Shown here: in pieces, positions 1-9,900 of the stretch
How the letters are laid out: the number at the start of each line of letters is the position of its first letter
Numbering within the stretch: position 1 is the first letter of the stretch
Source: a virus
Lineage: Duplodnaviria; Heunggongvirae; Uroviricota; Caudoviricetes
IMG/VR virus record: IMGVR_UViG_3300044638_005715
Span: 103,398 to 137,218 of that record
DNA: 33,821 nucleotides
Direction: 5' to 3' (one strand)
The notes under the pieces: generated by a model
The model's database searches: none
Seen by the model: only the letters and a program-made list of their open reading frames with translations
Told to the model about the DNA's origin: nothing
Position numbers and translations under genes: made by a program

Positions 1-685
1 AGCAGATTTTGTGAAAATGCTTATACCACTGTCAATAGATTGATTTTGTATAAATAAATTAGATGAATCAACGATGGGCTCGCCCACTAAACCAACCTGC
101 CTAATAAACAAATCCATACTATTATCATTACCAATCTGATTTTTAATAAATAATGTGGATGTTTGATCATTATAAATATTACCACTAATACTACCATTAA
201 TAACAATATTTATATTTTGACTTTCATTATATACAACATTATTCATATATAATGGAGTTGAATTTTCTAGGCTTAATTTATCTCCACTTATAACTAATAG
301 TAAACTATTACTATCTGATAAATATTGAGTTCCATTAATCACCAAACTTGCATCAGAATTATTTATAATGCTATTAATTGTAGAACCATATATAAATAGA
401 TTTGATTGTAGATTATTCGATATTGGTAAATCAGACTCTATATATAGTGGCGATATTCCAAATGTATCATTATTCATAAATAAGTCAGCCCCAAGACTAT
501 TACTTATTGAGCCTTCTATAAATAAACTTTCGTTATTTGCATTTGGCTTGTAATCATCTCCTAATATATAAATATTCATATTGCCAGGATTAGAACCTGT
601 AATGTCTAATGGAATATTATTTGTTGAGAATTCGAGTGTTTTAATATATAAATCTATACTAGGTGTGTCATTATCGTTCTTGATA
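1..685 (-). repeat. Tandem 12-18 aa protein repeat, consensus about S/N-x-x-L-F/Y-I-x-G/N, at least 14 copies
   Basis: Translation gives SIDLYIKT, NMNIYILG, NESLFIEG, GADLFMNN, ISPLYIES, QSNLFIYG, DASLVING, SLLLVISG, STPLYMNN, NINIVING, TSTLFIKN, SMDLFIRQ, SSNLFIQN, GISIFTKS. Confidence 0.75.
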
Positions 686-3600
686 AATAAATTCACACTA
701 TTTAAATCATGAATATCATAAGAATATGCATTGTCATTAACTGATAATATATTTAATGCATCGGAATATGTGCCATTAATAATACCGCCCCTATCATTAT
801 TAATTGCACCTATTTGGGGTTTTAATATATTTATGGCATTATTAAGTTGCTCAAATTTATTTGAGGTACTATTGGGCAATGGAATAACTTTCTTATTGAA
901 AGACTTAATAAATGATTCATTGAGTTTAAGTGATGCAGTTTTATTGAATATATTTAGAGACAATGGATCTCTAAAAATTAATCGATCGCCATATAATGAA
1001 TAGCGTCCACTTAATAAGATGTCTAAAACTCTTAAATTTGAATTAGTGTGAAATGTCCTAATACTATCATTATATAAGGATGTTAATGATATGAGGGAAT
1101 AATTTGGATCAGTAATATTAAGAGTTGGTAATATCCTACCCCTATATTCATAATTTTCATAAATAAATAATTGATCTATATAATTTAGAGATCTAAAATA
1201 TTCATTTAAATCTGCATCTATTGTAATTAATGTTTGTTGTGAATTAATTTCACTAAATTCATTTTCGACATCATAACCATTACATATTAACAAACCTCCA
1301 TCATATATAAAACTATCACCAAAATTATCTGATGGCTGATAATAAACATCTAATGATGAAAGTGATTTTTGGCGATTGTCAATCCCAGTCAACCAATATG
1401 CTTTATGATCCGGAAGAGAGATTTTAAGTGGATTAAATATAGATATGTCACGATTATTTCTATTTTCAATGACTCCTGATTTGATATAACTTAATCCATT
1501 ATATGTATAAAAGAATATTTTGGATTTTTCATTTTCAAATAACTGATTATCAAATGGTTGTGAGAAGCCAAAAATTAATTGCCCACCATCGCATAGTAAT
1601 GTTTTAGCAAATTTTTCGCCACGCTCAGATTGACTATCAAATAATTTACCTGGGGTTTTAATTCCATCTTCATGAATTTTTTGAATCTTTGTACCGTTTT
1701 TAAATATATGAATATATCCAGATGATGTAGAGGCAATTTGATTATCTGTTCCAGTATAATTAGTCGCAGGATCTATATTTGGCTCAACAGTTAATAAATT
1801 AGCTTCTGGCCGAATTACATATGGTTTAGTCTTAGAGCTACACGCTACGATAAAATCCCCCCCTATAATATCTAGGGCAACACTTTTTCCAAATGAATCC
1901 ACATATGGATAATAAGATAATTTAGACCATGGAAAATATTGAGAGGGGTAAATAAAATTATATTTGTATCGTGGCACACTATAGAAAAATTCAAAATAGT
2001 TAAAATTATATGCGATAAATCTATTGATTCCATATGTTATGGCTGCCCCTGCAAAATATTTAGTTCTGACTGAATTAACATTATAAGCCAAAAAAGAATC
2101 AGCAATTGAGGCATCTAACACACTGTAATTAAAATAGCCCGGAATATTATCTGAAAAATTATTCCATGGATCATACATATGTAAACACATAGAGCCATAC
2201 CAATATTCAAATCCATCCTTATATTCTATCATGCGAGTATAATTTCCACGAACACCATCTATTATATCATCCATACTATCTGGTTGATAAATAAATAGTT
2301 TTTCTGGACCATAATATGGACTGCAAGAAAGTGGGCAATCAGAGATTTCTGGGTCATTTTTACTGGCATCGAATGTATCTAACAATGTTAAATTTAAATT
2401 TGAATCAATTTCAAATAGATAAGATGAACCATTAAGGGGCTTTACTGGCAAATTAATCTTATCTAAATGTAGGCATGTTTGGGGGCCCCTTTCACCAGCT
2501 AGTAAATAATATTTATTATTATATTTCTTAACATCAATAGAGCACCCAAACCTAAAATTGGTCAAATATGAATTACCTCCCATCCTCCAATCATCTAGGG
2601 CCGATGACATTCCCTGTCGAACTTGAATAAGGCCCCTATTTATATCAACATTATTTATTTCGTTATCGTTATGCCTTCCTGTATATGGTGGTACTTGAGC
2701 ATCCTGAATGCCCACATTATAATCAATTTCAAAGATTCCATTATATGAATTAATATTATTAAATTCACTTCTAATTAAATTACCACTAGTAAAAGATGTG
2801 GTTGTTAAATTTACCACATTATTATTAACAGTGTATGACCCATATCTATTTCTACCATTTGGAGAGAAAACACTTTTTATATATTGCCATCTTCCCAAAT
2901 CTCCACCATAGATATTTCCTATGCATGACCATCTCAAATTAATCGATGACAATCCAGAGATGTCAGTTCTTTTAGTAAATTTATCATCTTCATATATGAC
3001 AAATTGATTAGAGTTAGCAATTTGAACATATTTTATGCCATTAATATGCTCATATGAAGATCCAGTAATTTGAATAATATCCCCATCTACTAATTTGTGA
3101 TTATTAGAAATAAGATATGGGGTGGTAATCTGTAAACATGTTCCTGATTTAGTTTTTACTATATCTATCTTGCCACAATTATAAACTGGTGTATATTTAA
3201 TTAATGATATTTCTAATTCTACATCCATGTAATATTCTGAATATCCATTAGCAATTTCTGAGGACCCATCATAAATTAAATCACCAGTCTTTGGAAGAGT
3301 CAAGCTAGGCAAGAAGGATAAAAAATTATATTTATCATTATAGGGGTCGTTTGTGTAATAAGCATCTTGTCCAATTAATAAATTGTCGGGCCCCATAAAT
3401 TGATAACGATTTACTAGCTGTGAAAAATTAATTCCAGAGACGGGTACATAAAAGTCAACCCCATTATAATCAATTGATTTATATTTTATTCTAAGGAATA
3501 AATTTGAAATATCGTAATTTACACTAGGGAAAGATTCATATGCATTGGGAGGGGCCAAGTCATAATCATAGGCTAATCCATTTAAATTTAAATCTGGTAA

Positions 3601-3972
3601 ATAAATACGCCCGTCTGTTCTATATTCAGTCTGTACAGAATCATAAAATACGTTTGTTTTAATATAATAAAATATTTTTCCAGTGGTGGTAATATTAGTA
3701 ATAGACTTATTAATATCTGTATATTCACCATAAGAGATAAAAGCAATATCATCTATGGCCCTAATATCCGAAACCTTATTCCGTATATTTAAATAGGAGT
3801 GGGCACCAAAACCCTGCACATTATCTATGTTTGTTTTCTCAAGGGATGTTAAGCCACCGTCCCAATTCGTAAAATGTTTAATGGGTAATTTAGAATGTAA
3901 ATATAAGTTGGTTAAATTGGAATCTGGCCCAGCATTTCTAATAAACAAACTTAATGATTCTCTATTTTCCAT
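1..3972 (-). CDS. Large virion/tail-associated protein (>1324 aa, 3'-truncated by window edge) with FG-GAP-like propeller blades, an FCCH-like beta domain and C-terminal LFI repeats
   Basis: Not in the ORF track. ATG at 3972 overlaps the TMP stop (TAATG). I read all 1324 codons to position 1 and found no stop. Starts MENRESLSLFIRNAGPDS. Contains RFGCSIDV..ILLAGERG..GSSYLFE, SFGKSVALD..GYIHIF, KFAKTLLCDGGQLIFG and NFGDSFIYDGGLLICNG. Product inferred from motifs and position directly after the TMP. Confidence 0.85.
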   Translation of the reverse strand, partial: MENRESLSLFIRNAGPDSNLTNLYLHSKLPIKHFTNWDGGLTSLEKTNIDNVQGFGAHSYLNIRNKVSDIRAIDDIAFISYGEYTDINKSITNITTTGKIFYYIKTNVFYDSVQTEYRTDGRIYLPDLNLNGLAYDYDLAPPNAYESFPSVNYDISNLFLRIKYKSIDYNGVDFYVPVSGINFSQLVNRYQFMGPDNLLIGQDAYYTNDPYNDKYNFLSFLPSLTLPKTGDLIYDGSSEIANGYSEYYMDVELEISLIKYTPVYNCGKIDIVKTKSGTCLQITTPYLISNNHKLVDGDIIQITGSSYEHINGIKYVQIANSNQFVIYEDDKFTKRTDISGLSSINLRWSCIGNIYGGDLGRWQYIKSVFSPNGRNRYGSYTVNNNVVNLTTTSFTSGNLIRSEFNNINSYNGIFEIDYNVGIQDAQVPPYTGRHNDNEINNVDINRGLIQVRQGMSSALDDWRMGGNSYLTNFRFGCSIDVKKYNNKYYLLAGERGPQTCLHLDKINLPVKPLNGSSYLFEIDSNLNLTLLDTFDASKNDPEISDCPLSCSPYYGPEKLFIYQPDSMDDIIDGVRGNYTRMIEYKDGFEYWYGSMCLHMYDPWNNFSDNIPGYFNYSVLDASIADSFLAYNVNSVRTKYFAGAAITYGINRFIAYNFNYFEFFYSVPRYKYNFIYPSQYFPWSKLSYYPYVDSFGKSVALDIIGGDFIVACSSKTKPYVIRPEANLLTVEPNIDPATNYTGTDNQIASTSSGYIHIFKNGTKIQKIHEDGIKTPGKLFDSQSERGEKFAKTLLCDGGQLIFGFSQPFDNQLFENEKSKIFFYTYNGLSYIKSGVIENRNNRDISIFNPLKISLPDHKAYWLTGIDNRQKSLSSLDVYYQPSDNFGDSFIYDGGLLICNGYDVENEFSEINSQQTLITIDADLNEYFRSLNYIDQLFIYENYEYRGRILPTLNITDPNYSLISLTSLYNDSIRTFHTNSNLRVLDILLSGRYSLYGDRLIFRDPLSLNIFNKTASLKLNESFIKSFNKKVIPLPNSTSNKFEQLNNAINILKPQIGAINNDRGGIINGTYSDALNILSVNDNAYSYDIHDLNSVNLFIKNDNDTPSIDLYIKTLEFSTNNIPLDITGSNPGNMNIYILGDDYKPNANNESLFIEGSISNSLGADLFMNNDTFGISPLYIESDLPISNNLQSNLFIYGSTINSIINNSDASLVINGTQYLSDSNSLLLVISGDKLSLENSTPLYMNNVVYNESQNINIVINGSISGNIYNDQTSTLFIKNQIGNDNSMDLFIRQVGLVGEPIVDSSNLFIQNQSIDSGISIFTKSA

Positions 3973-6900
3973 TATACCTTCCTATCTAAATGCTTCTTAA
4001 CTTCTTCAACAACTAGATTTGAAATTGCCTGCTTAAACTCTTCTTTCATCCTACCTATATCTAGGCCACCAATATTTAAAATTCCATCAAATTTTACAGT
4101 ATGTTCCATTTTCATTCCATTTAATGTATTAACAACCTTTTCTATTTTTCCAGAAATCATATTGATGTTTTCTGCTATTTTAGTTAAACCGGCAACATCA
4201 ACAAATGGTTGTTGCATATTCCCCTGTGCCTGCATTGGTCTTTGTGGGGCGGCTACTGGTGCTACAACCTGATTTTGATTTTGTGGTTGGGCCCTACCTA
4301 CAATCGGCATTTGTCCACGACCAACAATTGGTGCCCCACCAAAAACAGGCCCCTGTTGTGCAATAATATTACGGCCCACATTTAATCCACCCCTATTTAA
4401 TTGTTGTGCAATATCTCTTTGGGATCGAGCCGCATCTCTACGTGACTGACGTTCGCCCCTTCGATTTTCTATAAATGATGGTTTTTGTCTTTGTACGGGT
4501 GGCCCGACTGGCATAGTTGTCTCAAATATATCAGCACCAGCACCTAAATCCGCAAAGGATTGTGGTTTTAGATTTGCGGGCCTTGCTATATTTGCTCTTT
4601 CTTGTTCGATCTGTTTATTTATTCTTTCAGCCTCTTCAATTTTACGTTGAGTTTCCGGATTACTATATTTATCTCTAATTCTCTGTTGACGATCTAAGTC
4701 TACTATTAACTTTTCATTTTTTTGCTTCTCAAGTTTCTTTTTCTCTTGTTCATCAGCAAGAATTAATTTCTGCTTATCTTGAATTAATTTATCCAATTCC
4801 TTAGTTCTTTCCTCTTCACTACTTGATCCAAATATTTTTAATTTTGGCTTTATATCCCGTACAGATTGCACAGTGCCACCCTGAGCTTTTTTCTGAATAT
4901 TTCCATTATTCATTGCTATTAAATTGTATTGGCCAATTTCTTTAACTGCCCTTTTATTCATGACGAATTCACCGGGAGTAAGTAATGCTGGAACAGTATC
5001 AGAATTACCAGCCCCAGGAACCCTACCACCAGAATTAAATTTGTTGGCATACATAGATTCTGCCATATTAAGCATATCTAAGAATTTAACTATTCTTGGA
5101 TCATTTTGAACTAATGAAGTTGAAATTTTACTTTTAGTATTAGTAATATGAGATTCTATATTTTGATAGTTTTGCTTTTCTATATCTCTTAAATTCATTA
5201 ATTTTTTATAATCATTTTGCAAACTATCAATTTCATGGTTTTTTGTTATATTTTCTACCAATCTAGTAGTTTCTGGAAAAAACTTCGCAGATGAACTTTG
5301 ATTTCTAATTACAGAGTCAAAAATAGAAGCAAAAGATTCTTTCTTTCCCGCTGGACCCGATTGTAATAAATATTTAAATCTTTCCTGATCTTGCTTACCA
5401 AGCTTAGAAATATCCTTCATATATGCAATCATATATTCTTTAGATTGACTTATAGAATCTTTATAGTAATCAAATGCATGTCCTAATTCATGACCAAAGA
5501 CATTTATACCCGAATCATTTTTTAATAATATTTCTTTATTTGCATCCCTATATAATCCTTTTACATTATTAAAACTAAAATTATCAGCATATCCTCTTGG
5601 CTGTTGAAATCTTAATTCAGGATCAATATCTATTAATGACGGTCCACGCTTAACGGATAAACCAGAATTAATTAAATCATCTAATATTGTTTCTGGAATT
5701 TGTTTATTAGACAACGCCTTGATATCTTGCCCAGTATAATTTTTAACTATACCGCCACTATTCATCTTTTGCATCATTCCGGTGCCATATTTTTTAACGG
5801 CATCTTTTCGCATAACAAATTCTCCCGGTGTTAATAATGCCTCAACATTATCTGAATTACCTACACCAGGAACTTTTCCACCCATATTAAATTTTAATGG
5901 GGAATTTCCAATTCTATTTTGAAAATTAGCAAAAGTATTTTTTATTAAATTAGCAGCATTCATTAATGTATTAGCTGCTGTCATTTCAATATTAATCAAT
6001 GCATTATTAGCAGCTTGTTCTTGCTGTGATATTGCAGTTAATGATGCGATTAGCTTATCCTGTTCAGATGTTGTAGCTGCCCCAACAAATTGTGCCGCCT
6101 GTTTAATAGTAGCACCAGGAACCATTCTCAAGAAATCCTGTGCTAACAAACTCCTTCTTATATCTTTTCCAGTCATACCACCAGTTAATTCTACATCTGA
6201 AAGTGATTCCAAAAGTGATGATACACGGCCCCTCATTTCATCATTAAGTGTTTGAAAGCTACCAGTCATTATACTAGTTTGTAAGGCAGCAAAATCCATA
6301 CTCATTGCATTTCTAGACTCGGCCCCACCAAGTATAAATTCCTCTATTTTTGAGTTCTTTTGATTGATTCCATTTTGGATTTTTTCAAATTTACTCATCA
6401 CATCATTAGTTAGTTCAGACTGATCAGATAATTCCCTCAATCTATCAGTAGTTAATTTAAGTTGTTCACTCAATTTATTAAATTTAACAACCTGATCAGA
6501 ACCAGTTATATTAGATCTTGCTAATATGTTTAATTCTCTTTGTGCATTTTTAGCGGCATTAGATAAATCACTTATATTATTTGCATTAATTCCAAATCTA
6601 TTCAATGGAATCTGTGCGGCAGCATTTCTATTTGCTTGCCTTCTTGCCATATCATTACGCCCAGGAAAATTATCTCCCAATATCTTAGATATATTATCTT
6701 GCAATCTATTAGATATGTTTAGAGAATTTTTTTGAAGCTCACTAACTTTAGCAAATTGAGCATTCGTTTGCTCTATTGTTTTAGATAATTGAGCAAGTTG
6801 ATTTTCCATTAAGGAAGCGGACTTATTAATAACATCTATGTATGACTGAGAATCAGTAATAACAGACTCTAATAATTGATTTATAAGTTCCTGTGTAATT

Positions 6901-9900
6901 ATAGTATTAGCACCTTGCTCTTTAGCAATTTTATTAAATGCAAGAGATACTTGTTTACCAGCATTAGATCCCGCACCAATTCCTAATGCTTCTAGTAATT
7001 GTTGAGATGTTTGAATAGATCCTGGGCCACTTACTATTTCTGTGTTAAGTAATTTATCTTGTGCGGCTTGAAATATTCTAATTGATTCAGCTATATTAGC
7101 AGAAGCATTCTTTCCATATGACCCTAGATTTTTAGTCATTTCATCTATGGTTCGTAATGAGTCTACATTTAGATCTTTAACTGATGGTAATTGCAATTGC
7201 TTAAAAGACGCTGAACTACCATTAACTGCCGAAAGTAAATTATCTAATGAATTGGAAAATTTTTGATTATCAAACTCTATAGATGAAAGTGTTCTAAAGG
7301 CCCTTACCGTTTCTAGAGCACTCTCTCTTTGTGCTTTTTGTAATGCATTTAATTCTAAGGTGCTTTGCCTTTGTTTTTCATTGGCATCTAATGATTTGCG
7401 TAAGCCCTGTACGAAAGCATCATACGTTTCGCCAACTTTATCTTCCGGCAAAGAGGCTTCCAATGTAGATTTATAATTTACAAGAGCAGGAGATAATTGA
7501 GTAAATATTTGATCAATTGATTTACCTGATTTACCGAATGATTCAGAGGCTTCAAAAATCCCCGACTCTAATTGTGTTCTTGCCCCAGTTAATTTTGTAT
7601 TTTGTTCAGTTAGGGCACCTTGTAATGCTTCCTGATTTTTCTTTTCAATATCAGTAAGTCCACGACTGCTACCAAATTTTCCACCAGTTAAGGTTTGCAT
7701 CCATCCAGGCTCCTGTGATATAACATTCATTTGTGCTGCATTTAATCTAGCACTACTTTGGGCCTTTTTCTGGCTTGTCACTAATTTATTAGTTTCTGAC
7801 GATAAGATAGATAAACTATCAACGGCATCTAGATTTTTTAACTTAGCAATATTAAGTGCGGAATCAAAATCTGATATTGATTTTACGGCAGTATAAGTAG
7901 CATCAACATATGAGTTTACCGCCTCTATTTGTACTTTTGATAATTCATCAAAACTTCCAGCAAATGAACCAAGAGCACCACCGAGGGCACCACCTATCGC
8001 ACCACCAACCATGGTTCCAAAAGGGCCCCCTATAAATGTACCGATAGCGGCCCCTGCTACAGTTCCAATAGTAGTTACTATTAATCCAGTAGACTTTATA
8101 CCAACGGCCCTTTGAGATTCCGCCATAGAATCCAATAGAGTTCTTTGCATATCTCCAATCTTTACTTTATTTCCTGACTCTATGCCCTTTACCAACTTAT
8201 TAAATTCACCCTGTAGTTTTTCGGCATTACTACGAAATTTACTAGCATATAATTCAGTAGCAGATGCACCCAGTGCCATGCCCATAGTTAAACCTACTAC
8301 AGTACCCTTTAACTTAGCAAAAGATTCAGGTAAAACATCACCAAACGCTGTTCCAATACCAAAAATAGCAGAGAATGTCATGGCGGATTGACCAATGGCA
8401 TCAGCCATTGTTTGATCTAGAACACCAAATTGTGATGCTACCTGCCCAATACTTGATGACAATATACTAAAAGTTAATGCAGAACTTGATAATTTAGATG
8501 TAAAATCTTTAATAGCTGCTGGATTAGATCCAAAAGATTGCAATTGGCCCCTTTTTTCTGCAATAAATGCAGATACACCAGTTTTATTTATATCTGGTAA
8601 TCCACTTGCAAAAGCTTTTAAATTCTTAGATCTATCAGTAACTATTTTATCATATGCTTTAATACGGGCCTCTTCTGCATCTGTCCCTTTATTAATTTCT
8701 TCAATAAATAAATCCATTGCTTGACTAAGTTCAGTTCCTTTAACACCGGCAGTGCCCTGTATTCCAAGTGATGAAAATATTGCCTCAGATGTTTTTTTCA
8801 TTTGGCTTTCAGTTTCTGGTGGAGTTACCTTACCCCTATCAGCAATTCCAGACTTATAAGCTATTTGCCTATATAATTCAGTCATACTTGCCCTATTCTC
8901 TTGAACAACTTGTGGATTCACTGCTAGTCTATTAAACCTTCTCGACATTTTAATCGGTGGGTTTTCTAATCCCTCGATATATCCAGATGGATTTGGTTGA
9001 CCACTATATAATGGTGGAAGATTTGACTTTTCACCCATAGTATGAATATAAGCTTTGTATTTTAATTTATTTTGGTATGCTTTATTTAATGATGGATTAG
9101 ATTCTTGAAATCTAGTGTTAGGCATTACACCTGGGGGTGAATTAATTATTGGCTCAGGATATCGCACCATCTGTTCCGCTAAATCGTTTACTGGGCCCTT
9201 TACTCTTGGAGTAGTCGGCGTATTTTGTGATTTAATAATATTTGCAGATATTTTAGATATTGGTTTCTTAACTATATTTTGAGAATTACCACCACCTGTA
9301 TCAAACATAGCATCTGGAATAGGCCCCAACCCATGTAAATCTGCATAATCTGACAAAGCACTAGGAGAAAATGTAGGTCTATTAAGTCTATTAGATAATT
9401 TATCAACTTCTTTTTGGAGTGATGTCTTTTCCTTTTCTAATTTTTTAATTTCACTTCTAGATTGATCCATTTCTTGCATTATGGAAATTTCATTAATTTT
9501 ATTCTGGGCATCCATAATGCGTTTACGGACTCTTTCATTTTCTTTATTACTTAATTCCTTGTATGCATAGCTACTACCTTCCGCAAAATAACTCACAGGA
9601 TTATTATTCATTTGGCTTAGGCGACTATAACCAATCTTTTCAGCAGATGATTTTTTTACAATAAATTCGCCCGGTGTTAACATAGCGGGAACTGTATCAG
9701 TCCCCTTTGCTAATCCGCCCGTTGCAAAGAATTTAACATCATCAATATATTGGCTCAAATCACCAGTGGTATTTTGGGAAATAAAGCGGGGAATTTTTGA
9801 TCTTATAATACTATCGACAGATTTTCTTTCCCTTTGGTATTTAGCATCAGCAGCTACTAAATTCATATCATCCATTTGGGAAAAGATTAGTGATAAATTT

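Noticed and set aside
1-3971. Apparent 4-kb ORF-free region, suggesting ncRNA or stop-codon reassignment
   Set aside because: It is a single stop-free minus-strand frame that runs off the window edge. TAA, TAG and TGA all terminate genes normally elsewhere in the window, so there is no sign of recoding.
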